From the NCBI GenBank assembly GCA_043228905.1, contig JBHGNT010000001.1:744001-808000 (forward strand): DNA of 64,000 bases, in the 5' to 3' direction. Within the stretch, counting starts at the first letter, position 1, and each line of letters starts with the position of its first letter. Below the pieces are notes generated by a model that did not search any database, was not told the DNA's origin, and worked only from the letters and a program-made list of their open reading frames with translations. This document shows, piece after piece, positions 41,862 to 53,950 of this stretch. This DNA is from Azolla caroliniana (taxonomy: Eukaryota > Plantae > Polypodiophyta). The position numbers and the translations under genes were made by a program.

Positions 41862-42598
41862 AGTGGCATCTAGTGAAATAAGAGAAATCTATGAAGTGAT
41901 AGAGAGGTGAGAAAATTGGGTTTCGAACCCAAGATGTAAAAATGTATGGCTTATGACTCTCCTCACTTGTATTGCAATATGCCATCACATGTCGAAGAGA
42001 ATTTGAGCAAAATCATATTAAAGGGATGGGCTTTGGCATGTATTAACGATTGTAGTTTCCTCTTTTAAAGGACATGGTTTCGTAGTTTGGTTCAATATCT
42101 ACAATATATTGTGTGAAACTTAAGCCTCCACACCTTTCCCAAGTTGTGATACATCGGCATTGGAAAAAACCCTCATTCACAAGGGAATTTCATGGAGCAA
42201 ATGTGATGCCCACTTTCTAAACCATTTCTTCATATATTGCATCCATTTGGAACTCAAAATTTTGCTTTTGTGCGTCTTTTGAATATTTTTACTTGATTCT
42301 CATGCAATCCTAGGCAATTGATGTAAGGATTTTTTTTGAACCTAAAGCATACACTCATATATCCTTGCCATGGTCATGATTTCAATGGGAGTGATCTAGT
42401 ATACTAAAGTATTCGAAGAAAGACTACCATTGCACATCTCCCAAAAGTACTTGCCAAAAAGCACCACATAATCTACGTACAACAAATGCATGATACGACA
42501 TTACCAATGACAACTCTTCAAATGGTTTTGTCCTTTACAAACTTGGCTACAATATGTTCTAAGTCATCATTTACATAGAAAATTCACAATGTAATCAT

Positions 42599-43436
42599 TC
42601 AAAAAAGACTTATAGAGAAGAATATCATGTTTAGTACTGCTTTAATCAATATGTATGGTACATGTGGTGCGCTCAAAGTAGCTGAGCAAGTCTTCCATGA
42701 GCTTCCTAACCAGAAGATAGTATGTTGGAATGCATTAATAGTTGGGTATGTTGAGCAAGGGAAAGGTGAGAAAGCACTGAATAGCTTCGAGCGAAGGATT
42801 AGAGAGGGTATTGAGCCAAATGCGATTACATATATTTCTGGTCTCAAAGCTTGTGGTAGCATAGGATCTCTGGAAAAGATCAAACAAATCCATGAATGCA
42901 TTAGTAAGAGCAACATTCTAGAAAAGCACACCGCACTTGCCAATGCTTTGGTTGATATGTGTGCCAAATGTGGTGCATTAGCGATGTCTCAAGCACTATT
43001 TGATGAGCTTTCGGTTCATGATACAGTTTGTTGGAATGCATTGATTTGTGGATATACCCAACAATGCCAAGATGGGGAAGCCCTCAATCTTTTTGATTGG
43101 ATGCAAAAAGAAGGCTTTTCTCCCGATTCAGTCACGTTTGCATCCATCCTAAGGGCTTGGGCTAATATATGTGTCATTTCCAAGGGCAAATACATTCATT
43201 ATGATATTAAGAAAAGGTGCTTGGAAGAAGATGTTGTGATTAGCATTGCTTTGATGGACATGTATGGAAAATGTGGTGAAGTGGAGAAAGCCAAAGAAGT
43301 ATTTGGCGAGCTCACCATCCGTGATCTCGCATGTTGGACCACACTTATTTCTCGATATGCCCACCATAAATTGGGTGAAGGAATGCTGACCAATATATGT
43401 GGCAGAGACTCCAGTGATAAAGGCCAAAAATCTTGA
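42599..43436 (+). pseudogene. Intron-less PLS-class PPR fragment (269-aa ORF), probably a truncated retrocopy
   Basis: Tandem PPR motifs (ALINMYGTCG, VCWNALIVGY, ALVDMCAKCG, VCWNALICGY, ALMDMYGKCG). No transit peptide and no E/DYW domain. It switches abruptly to unrelated sequence at about 43385. Confidence 0.8.
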
Positions 43437-43771
43437 ACCCAATGTTGTTGACACTGATAAAGCTGTAGGAGTGTTCAATAGTGTTCTAGTTAATTATGTT
43501 GCAATTTTCTTTGTAATACTGGACTGTTTTGTATATCGCCTTTGGCCACTTTATGTTAATACCAATGGAGGATATTTTTATGGGAAAAAAGTCATCATTT
43601 ACATAGACCACCACCAACAACGTTATTGCATTTCAAATGTTATTGTTTTGGACTTGTAGTATAGGTCAATAGTATTGGGGAAGAATATTGAGGATGTTTT
43701 TTTGTAAATATAAGGGAGCAATTTTTACATGGGGGCCTGTTTTCTGGGGGCCTTTAGATGAGTAGGTATCT

Positions 43772-45607
43772 TTGTACCAGGCGGAGCAATGCACGAAAGC
43801 ATTATGTGTATTGGAGAATACAACAGAAGCATTACGTGTATTGGAGAATACAATAGAAGCAGTTCTTCCTAACATTCTTGGTGGTAAATTTTTTAGAAAT
43901 TATTTTGTTTGGAATATTGTTTCAGTTAATGCTTTATGGGTGTGGTGGAAGTGTCGTTGCAACAAGAAATATGAAGGCATCGAGTACAATGTGGTGGATA
44001 TGATTAAGATGTTGTGGGACAACTTGGTGCACACAATGAAGGGAGAGTATGATAATATTAAAGGAACACCAGAAAAGGTGCATAAGAAAAGGCGAAAAAT
44101 CAGTAAAATATGGTGGCCAATACCTCTTTGGTTGGATGAGTCACATGAAGATCATTGGAATTCTGTTCCACCACGTTGGCTATTCCCGCTCCCTAGTCCT
44201 TTCTTATTTCAAAAATAATTGTGAGGTACATAGTTTCTTCTTTTCTCTTTACCTTACAATTTGACATGAAGAACATAAAAGAGGCGGATGGGATTTGGGT
44301 AGTTCTGTGGACTGACAAGGGCGAGATAGTGGATGTGGAAAATGAAACATTTTCTGATTTTGGATATGGATGAGTGATGATGGTGTTGCGGTTGTAACAT
44401 AATTTAATGAGAGACGAGGAGAGTAGTGTCATTTTGTTTTTTTAGGTATACGATTTTGGTGGTAAATCTGCGAGAGTGAGATGGTTGATGTGGATTATTG
44501 AAGCACAATTCATGTTTTTGATAAGGATGAGTGATGGTGATGTGGGGCTGCATCATAATCTCTTCAGAAAACTAAATTGTTTGTATGTATAGGATTGTGA
44601 CGGTAATCAACGAGAAGTTTGATATGGACTTGAGGAAGCAAAATGCATGTTTTTGATAAGGATGAGTGTTGGTGGTGTGGGGGTTGAAGCATAACTATTC
44701 AGAAGACTAGACTCATTTAGTTGTTTGTATGTACAAGTTTTGGCAGTAATCCGCGAGAAGTTGATGTGGATTTGATGAAGCAAAATGTATGTTTTTGGAT
44801 AATGATGAGTGATAAGGGTGTGGGGGGCGAAGCATACTCTCATGAGGGGATGAGGAAAAATGATTCATGTATTGTTGTATGTGTAGTATTTTGGTGGTAT
44901 TCGGCGAGATGGATGATGTGGACTTAATGACGTAGAATTTATGTTTTGGATAAGGATGAGTGATGATGGTGTGGAGATCGAAGCGCATTCTCATGAGGAG
45001 ATGAGGAATTTAGACACATTTTATTGTTTATGTGCAGGAATTTGGTGGTATTCAGCGAGATGGTTGATGAGGACTTAACGAATTAGTTTTTATGTTTTTT
45101 TGATAAGGACGAGTGATGATAGTGTGGGGGCCGAAGAATAAGCTCATGAGGAGAGGAGGAAACTTGACTTAATTTGTTGTTGTATGTACAAGAATTTGGT
45201 AGTAATCCGGCAAGATGGTTGATGGGGAAAGAGGAAGAATAGTTGTTGACTTTACAACCACGAATGTGGAAAGTGGTTCTCTTGACAAACCAAAGAACGT
45301 AGTTGATCGCCTTCAAATCTGAGATGTATAGGTTGAAGAAGTATTGAATGACTCATAACTATGATATGAGAGGGTTTGTTTCCATATAGAGCTACTTTCG
45401 TTGTTGCCTATGGATATGGATACCTTGCAATGTGTCAAGGGAATAGATTGTAATTGCTGGACTGTTTTCTCTATGTTGGAGTACATAGATTTGTTTCCTC
45501 AACCGGTCTACACAAGACGGGCTTGGCTAAAAATACTTTGTATAATGTAACCATTATGACATTTCTTTATATCTAATGGAAGGATAATTTGTTTTGAAAA
45601 AAAAAAA
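43772..45607 (+). mobile_element. 5'-truncated LINE: ORF2 C-terminus, repeat-rich 3'UTR and poly(A)
   Basis: ORF 43772-44218 contains LWVWWKCRC..Y and HWNSVPPRWL (post-zf-RVT tail). It is followed by about six 140-155 bp tandem units and an A-run at 45597-45607. Confidence 0.65.
44320..45230 (+). repeat. Degenerate tandem repeat, about 150-bp unit x about 6
   Basis: GCGAGATGGTTGATGTGGA...GATAAGGATGAGTGATG recurs near 44321, 44470, 44610, 44753, 44904, 45055 and 45210. Confidence 0.85.
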
Positions 45608-46292
45608 CAATGTTATCGCATTTCCATTCCCCATACACACATGCCATATAGTCTTCTCATGCATTTGAGAAATTGTAAGCATATATTTACTTGGTAAGCC
45701 AAATTCATCCCTTAACCTCTAAAGATTGTCATGGGGTGTCATATCATAAGTTTTTTTTGAGATCTATGAGGCAATGTAAGAGGTCTACCGTTACACCATG
45801 TTCTAACTTTATCATTTGTAACATATCCTCAACCATTTTTGAACACTTGAGATCAATGCCTAAAATCTTAGTAATGGATTCAACCATCTATTCACCAAAT
45901 GAGAATTTGTGTATGTGATCCAAAGTAACTTCATAAAGTAGCACGTAGACAATCATATTATTTCCATTGACTTTTTTACATGTAGAATCATTAGTGTTTG
46001 GCATAAGGATACACAATTCGGATATAAGCATTCCAATGCTATTGTATATCTATAGAAGTAATTATCCATAGTGATTAAGATATTTTTCATACATAGAAGA
46101 GCAATAATGCACTTGTATATCCTCTTGCATCCTTGATATGTGGTATAAAAGATTTTCGTACATCAAGTTGGAAATTTCTCGTATGAGCATTCATGGCACT
46201 AAAGACAATAACTTCCCTCTATCCTTGAAATCTCATCTTCTAGATTGCCGAAAAAATGTTCTCTATTGAAACAAGCATACAAATGAGAATCT

Positions 46293-46331
<39 letters not shown>

Positions 46332-47186
46332 AGGTTTGCAGGTCAAAACGTAAGGTTGTCCAAAGGCCAAACATTTATAATGCTTACATTATTGAGTGGC
46401 ATCTAAGAAAGTATGGTTGGATTCCAAGCCGAGCACATGTGTTAGGCAAAACCTACCTTACACCACTATGGAAAAACCGTATGACTATCAAGGATGTTGG
46501 AACGACACACATATGCAAATGAGAGTTAGAATAGATGAGCATATAGGAGGATTTGAAGAAGAGTGGATTTGGGCAAGAGTAGAATTTGATGAGTAACGTG
46601 AGAAGGAGAAAGAGACAAGAGGAGCATATGGAATGGACTATGTTTTCATCATCTCCACATCCATTTTTCGTAGGTTCTTGATCCTTAAGGTTGATTTTTT
46701 TTGGGGGGGGGGGTAAAACTCTCTTTTTATACATATACAATACATGTATGTGAGCATGAAGCCTCTCTTTTTTCCTTAAAAATAGAAGTCTTTTTTTCCC
46801 TGGAAAGTAGAGATCCTATGTGCGACCACAAAATATATAACTTTTCTCCTTTAAAGTCGGGGGCAATGTTACTCCTAAAAATAGATAACCTATCAGTAGT
46901 GAGCTATTGATTTGATTTCCTAAAAATAGAAGATCTCATGATAAAGTCTCCGAACACAAGGACAATGTCTATCTTGCGGACGAGATGCAATGCCATTCTC
47001 TCTTGGAGCTCTCTCGACCATGGCTTGAGTTGAGGATGGGACATGGCGTGGGCTTCATCTATGGGTAACTATCGTCCGGACGGAGCACACTTTGATCTTG
47101 AGAGCAAATTTTCCTCCAAGAACATGATCGTGGGGGAGGAGGAAGAACAAGTCTTTACATGATTACAAGTGCTCTCGTTAAAAAGA

Positions 47187-47232
<46 letters not shown>

Positions 47233-47456
47233 AATAGTGATTGGTGGAATTACACCACCATTAATGGACAATGCAAATGGGCGGCATGATTTACTACATT
47301 CTACTAGTAATATAGTCGAGTATGAAACTTGTCTTATCTCGGGATGCAAGAAGGAATGGGCAAAAGGCCAAAAAGTGGAGAAAACGTGAAGAAAATTGAA
47401 AGAAATGAAGAGTCAAGACTTGAATGGAAAAGCGGAAAGAAAAGTGTTGTGTTGTG

Positions 47457-48117
47457 TTATATAAAAAGAGTGGCTTTTGGGAAGGGGTCGGGGATGGGGA
47501 TACTATAGAGGCCAGGCCCTTAGGGGGTGGGGTGGGGTTGGGAGGAAACCTCTTTCTCTCTCCCAGTCGCCACGCCACGCCCACGGCAATGCCCATGCCC
47601 ATGCTAATGCTAATGCTATGCTGCCTAAACCCTTCCTTCCTTCCTTCTTCTTCTTCTTCTTCACCACTATAATAAAGACGCCTTAATCCCCCTCCCCCCC
47701 CCCCATACATACCTTAATCCTCTCCTCCCCCCTATTCATACCTTAATCATCACCTCCCAATCCCTCCTCCCCCTTCCCAATCTTATCAACCCATTATTAT
47801 TGCCTCTACTCCTTCCCACTCCACTCCACTCCACTCCACTCCACTCCACTCCTAACCTTTGCCCAAATCCCTCACCTTTAATCACCCCCTTCCCCATCAC
47901 AGACTCAATCTATTCTGCCTTAGCCACTTCAAATTTAGCTAAACACACCTCGACCAATCTCTCCCCCCCCCCCCCCCCCCCCCCCTAATTCCTCCTTAAA
48001 TCACTATCTTCTTAATCTCTCTGTCCTATCAGATGCACCCCTGCTAATCACACCATAGCCACCCTCTGTTTTTTGGCCTTAATCCACACAGTAATCTCTC
48101 TGTATTCCTCGCCATAA
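47457..48117 (+). promoter_or_regulatory. Nitrate reductase promoter/leader with G-quadruplex motifs, pyrimidine tracts and a TAATC cluster
   Basis: TATATAAA at about 47458, G4 motifs at 47479-47499 and 47523-47542, (CCACT)n, and eight TAATC copies between 47684 and 48096. Confidence 0.5.
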
Positions 48118-49809
48118 ATGTATGCAATGCTGACCACCATTGATCAAACCCACCTCCCCACCCCTCACAAAGCATCCGAACAATTGAATATAGAATTTAA
48201 AAAACTGGCTCTACCCATCAATGGACCAGAAATGCATAAAACCCCTCTTTATGAAGAGGAGGAAGAAGAAGAAGACGACGACGACGAAAATGACGAAGAT
48301 GATGAAAATCAGTGTAAGAATGTGATTGAATACCCCAAAGATGATTCGAATGAGTTCTCTGTTGATCCCAGAGATGTGGGCACTTCAGACAGCTGGATCA
48401 AAAGGAACCCCAATCTCATCAGGTTAACGGGAAGGCACCCTTTCAACAGTGAACCGCCTGTAGACCTTCTAATGAGCCATGGTTTCCTCACGCCCACATC
48501 TCTGCACTATGTCAGAAACCATGGCTATGTACCCAAAGCAGAATCTCTGGAGCAATGGACAATAGAGGTGTCGGGCCTAGTGACCAAGCCCCGGACATTC
48601 ACAATGGCCGAGATAATGGCCGATTTCACACCAGCCGAGATTCCGGTGACACTTGTGTGTGCGGGGAATCGTCGGAAAGAACAAAACATGGTTCGGCAAA
48701 CGATCGGGTTCAATTGGGGTCCCGGTGGCATCGGGACATCCATGTGGCGTGGTGCCCGCCTATCCCACATCTTAAGGAGATGCGGGATCGACATGAGGAA
48801 GAATTGGCAAAAGAGCAGCGGCAAGAATTCTTCTTCTTCTGCGAGGGTGGCCACACATGTGTGCTTCGAAGGGCGCGAAAGGTTGCCCGGGGGAGGGGCC
48901 GGGACCACCCCCTATGGTACAAGCATCTCGCTCGATGTGGCCCTAGACGAGTCCTGCGATGTTCTGGTTGCATACATGCAGAATGGGAAGCTTCTGGAGC
49001 CCGACCACGGCTTCCCCGCACGCATGATCATCCCCGGATACATCGGTGGCCGTATGGTCAAGTGGTTAACTCGCATTACCGTCACCGGAAAAGAGTCTGA
49101 CAACCACTACCATTACAAAGACAATAGAGTTCTTCCATCCCATGTTGATGCTGAGAAGGCCAATGCAGAAGGTAAAAATAAAAACTATTCATCTTTTTAT
49201 TTTTATTTTTATCTTTCCAAAAACTTGAAGTTGTACATATGGATCCAAAACTATTTCATCTTGTTAGCGAAAGCCTAGAACCCATATGGGCTTCCCTAGT
49301 TTTAATTAAAGAGTGGGCCTTTTCTCTCCCCCATGTGGGAGAATGTTGGAACGTGGCCTTTTTTTTAATTTTTACCCACAATGCAATGGCAAAGTCAGTG
49401 TGGACCAAGCAGGAACACTGGAAGGGTTTAAAGAGGGGTCTGTTTCCCAAATTGGGATTTACATGATGGGTAAAATGTAAAAAATGGGCTTTTACCCCCC
49501 CCTCCCACCACGAGCCTCTTTGCTGGTTTTGTGGCCCCAGAAGCTCTCGCTCATTGGTGTTGGGTTCTTGAATGCTGTTCTGGGGAAAGTGAGAGACTCT
49601 TTTCCACATGGGGAAACCTTTGTGGAAAGTGAGCTCTTTCTTTATTAGAAGGGGAGCAATTTAGTTGGGAACCACTAGGGGAACGTGGGATCTTTCCCCA
49701 CATTTGGAAAGTTTCAAGCCTTAGCCTTAATAACATGTTGTGAAACAGGGGCTCTTCTCACTTGGGCATCCGGAAAGACTTATATTATATATGTAATACG
49801 TATTTATAT

Positions 49810-49850
<41 letters not shown>

Positions 49851-52222
49851 TTCTTCCCACATCACAAAACTTGTCTTGTATTCCTTATATTGCCTATGTA
49901 TGTATATATATTATATATATATGAATTCAAAAAGAAGAAGACAAGGCAACCATTTACAAGACCTTCTTTACTAAAAAAGTTCACATCTTCTTTTGGACAG
50001 GATGGTGGTACAAACCAGAATATATCATCAATGAGCTCAACATCAACTCGGTTATCACCACTCCATCACATGATCAAATTGTGCCTATCGATGCGAACAC
50101 CTTGCAAGTTCCTTTCAGACTCGAGGGATATGCATACTCTGGTAAGACATCTAATTGTATAAGCTTCGATCCTAGTGATGATTGCCTCTATCTATGCGAG
50201 GGGAGATGCTTGTGAATCTATTCATCCGTGGTAAATCATCTGTTTTAGAGTGGCATTTTGTGAACTAATCATGTATGTATTGCTTGTTTTTTGCTATTTT
50301 TTTGTTAGGTGGTGGAAGGAAAGTTACAAGGGTTGAAGTAACCCTAGATGAGGGAGGGACGTGGATGTTGTCTGAGATCACTCATCCTGAGAGGCCGACC
50401 GAACATGGGCGTTACTGGTGTTGGTGCTTTTGGCGGCTTGATGTTGACCTTATCCAGCTTATTCAAGCTAAAGAGCTGGCTGTGAGAGCATGGGATTCAT
50501 CCATGAACACACAACCACAGACCTTAACATGGAATTTAATGGTAAAAAATCTTTGAAAACTTTAAATAAATACAAATGGGTCCCTTTTTTCTTAAACATT
50601 TTGCATCGTTTGTGGTCACCATAGGCCTTTTTCTTAAGCATTTTAATACTATTTTCTTTGTTAGGGAAGTGGCATTGAATATTGGATTCGGGATGGGTAG
50701 CCATTTTCTATATTGGGTTATATTTTAAAAATACCTTTTTCCTTGGGTTTGTTTGTGTGTATGCATCGCCTTTATATAATTTGTGGTCATCTTAACACTT
50801 TCTATGGTAGGTCCTTTATTTCTTAAGCCTTTTGTTTTGTAATGAGTGGTCATTTCAACACCTACTTCTACCATATTGTAGGGTATGATGAACAATTGTT
50901 GGTTTAGAGTGAAGATCAACCCCTGCAAAGCAACAGGAAATGGCGGGATTGGACTGGCATTCGAGCATCCAACGCAACCTGGAAACCAAGGAGGAGGATG
51001 GATGATACCAACCAACAAAGTATCATCATCCAACGATCAACAACACACATCATCCAAGGTACTGGGAAAGAGCCTTTCAAGCCCTGGTTTGAACCCCGGT
51101 GGATTTGAACACCGACATATAACTGATGCCGAGCTCAAAAGACATAATACTAGGGAGTCGGCATGGATATCTGTCCACAACAATGTATATGATTGTACAA
51201 AGTTTTTGAAGGAACACCCAGGTGGGTCAGATAGTATATTGATTAATGCTGGCACGGATTGCACGGAGGAGTTTGATGCCATACATTCCACCAAGGCCAA
51301 AGCCATGTTGGAGGATTTCAAAATAGGAGAAATGGTCTCTATTGGTGATAGTTCCATCTTAACAAATGGTGTGAACATGCCCACTGTACCCAAGCATGTC
51401 TACCCTTTGTCTCCTATAAGTGAGTCTCGGCCCATTGCCCTTAACCCAACACAAAAGATAAAAGTCAAACTAGCTAGCAACATCAGCTTAAGCCATGATG
51501 TTAGGTTGTTAAGGTTTGAGTTGCCTAGCAAGGAACACATACTAGGCCTACCTGTAGGCAAGCACATATTCTTATCGGCGATGATCGATGGGAAGCTTTG
51601 CTTAAGGGCTTACACACCAGTTAGCTCCAATGACGATGTTGGGTACTTTGAGCTCCTTGTTAAAGTCTATTTCAAAGGAGTTCATCCCAAGTTCCCTGAT
51701 GGAGGTCTAATGTCACAATACCTAGATTCTTTAAAAGTTGGTGGAAGCGTGGAGGTGAAGGGCCCATTGGGACACATTGAATATATAGGAAATGGCCGCT
51801 ATACGCAGGAGGGACAACACTATTACATGAAAACGTGTGCCATGATGGCTGGAGGGACGGGCATCACGCCTATTTATCAACTCATTAGGGCCATCCTCAA
51901 TGATCCAAGTGACACCACTGAGATCTACCTTGTGTTTGCGAACAGAACAGAGAGTGACATCATGTTGCGCAGCGAGCTTGAGATTTGGACGAAAGAACAC
52001 CCGAATTTCAAGCTTTGGTATGTGGTTGAGAGGGCTCATGACAATGGGACATGGCCATATAGCTTAGGATTCATTAATGAGGACATCCTAGAGGAGCATC
52101 TCCCAGAGGCTTCGCCAGTGACCTCGGCATTCATGTGTGGCCCACCTCCCATGATCAAATTTGCATGCCTTCCAAATCTTGAGAAGATGGGATACGATAA
52201 AGCTAGATGTCATCAATTCTAA
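48118..52222 (+). CDS. NIA: Assimilatory nitrate reductase (Moco, dimer, cyt b5 heme, FAD/NADH domains), about 922 aa, 4 exons
   Basis: Exons 48118-49171, 50001-50141, 50309-50541, 50882-52222. Motifs [61 protein letters not shown] and CGPPPM. Confidence 0.98.
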
Positions 52223-52244
52223 GCCATGTTCTATGTTTTTCAGA

Positions 52245-52257
52245 TATATATATATAT

Positions 52258-52311
<54 letters not shown>

Positions 52312-52352
52312 CATATATGAACATGTAAAGATATAAAGATATATATATATAT
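52245..52352. repeat. (TA)n(GA)n microsatellite in the NR 3'UTR
   Basis: Directly visible. Confidence 0.9.
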
Positions 52353-52699
52353 ACCCCAAGAATGTGTGGTCTTGGTGGACCTAAGAGTCTTTCCATGGTA
52401 TATTGGTGATATATTTAATATGTACTATGATTTGCAAGGCAAAAGCTGAGTGATTATGCAATAATGAGTTCTCTTTTCAAGCTTGTTACTGATTAGACCT
52501 CTGTAAAGGTAAAGGTCAGATTTGGGTTGGGGCCATCTTTAGAACAAATTCCAAAATCATATTCAATTCTTTTTTGTTTTTTAAACATGGTTCCAAGGGA
52601 ATGTGTGGTTTTGTTACACATCAATTGTTTGCTAAATTGACACGCATCTTGATTTTTCTTTACTTTCTGAATATTGATCAAGACCATTGGGAATATAAA

Positions 52700-53950
52700 T
52701 GCATTCTTCGTTATTGTTCACACATGCTTGTAGTTGTTAATTGATATGTCTCCTGGAGTTCGCCTTAACATCGGCTACCTACCTTGAATTTGCTAGTTTG
52801 ATTGTCAAACCATTTTCATACATTGCCAAGCTTTTGTTGGGCATTAGATTTCTCAAATCTAATGTATGTCGCTACCAATAAAAAGAATACTAATGAAATG
52901 CTATGTTAAATTGTCCTCCATGAATTTGAAGATTGACACGTAGTTTGATCTTTGATGATTGTTTGGGAGTCTCAAACCCAATTATATTAAGAAGTCTTTC
53001 ATTTCTACGGTACGTTTTAAGTGGTGTACAATTAGTTGTTTGTTGTATAGGTGTTAACTTTACACGCATCCTTGTTTAGATTCCATGAGGACTGTTCCTC
53101 TAAAGCTCCAATCATGGTTTATCGATATTAGGAAATGGATTTGAAAATGTCGAAGGATTAAGATGTCATACATGCAACTCGCAATATATCCCATCACCTT
53201 TTTATTGAAGGGACTAAATCGTAACAAAGAATTCCTTTGTAAATAGTAAAATAAACTCCATATTCATAGAGTGGACATATTCTAAACATGATTGATATAT
53301 GACTCTATGAGTTTCATCCTTCCAACAAAAAAAAGTGCCTTTTGTGTTCAGGTGATAAAAACAAGAAAAAGAAATGAGTTGTTGTGCCATCTTAAAAGTG
53401 ATGATTAATGATGTTTTGACACTTTTATCATATAGCAAATTCTCGATTATCACTTTACATAAATCGATATGTGTGCCAAATACATAGAGCAAAAAGTTCC
53501 AACTAAAAGATCCTTAATCCATTCATCCCATGAAAAATGTTGTGTTATAAGAGTTTATCACTACTGAACAAAGGGATGATTACATATATTTTTCTTTGAA
53601 CTTAAAGTTCTTTAAATTCTCATATATATAGGTATCCAAATAGAAGGGTGCTCAATCATTACACACAATAAAACAAAATACTGAGATAAGGAGATTTATC
53701 CAATAATGTATGGGTCTAAATAGAACACCTTTGAGTGATCCGACCCATATGTGCATATTAAAAATTGAATTTGCTTCCATGAGTAGAATGGCTTTTGCTA
53801 GGTTGAAAATTAAATGTCTTAAAAGTTGCAAATATATTATATTAATAATAAGGAAGGTGCGCAATGGGATAGGTTGGGCCCTTGCACAAAGTCAAGTTTC
53901 CTTCGCCACATGGGGATTTTAAGTGATTGATTGTCTAATGTGAATGCATG
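52700..53950 (+). mobile_element. Possible decayed LINE RT remnant
   Basis: VRNGIGWALAQSQVSF..DFK at about 53858-53925 resembles the LINE RT segment (MEWA..S.Q...LDFEKA). Weak; boundaries approximate. Confidence 0.3.

Noticed and set aside
47360-47520. Possible NLP nitrate-responsive element (AAGAGTCA at about 47409, GGCCCTT at about 47515)
   Set aside because: Only half-sites; the TGACCCTT-N10-AAGAG spacing is not met. The TGACCCTT at about 61043 also lacks its partner.
47294-47710. 138-aa minus-strand ORF upstream of NR
   Set aside because: Low-complexity product of G/C tracts and short repeats, with no recognisable domain.
48309-49103. Overlapping antisense and alternative-frame ORFs within NR exon 1
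   Set aside because: Shadow ORFs of a GC-rich coding exon.
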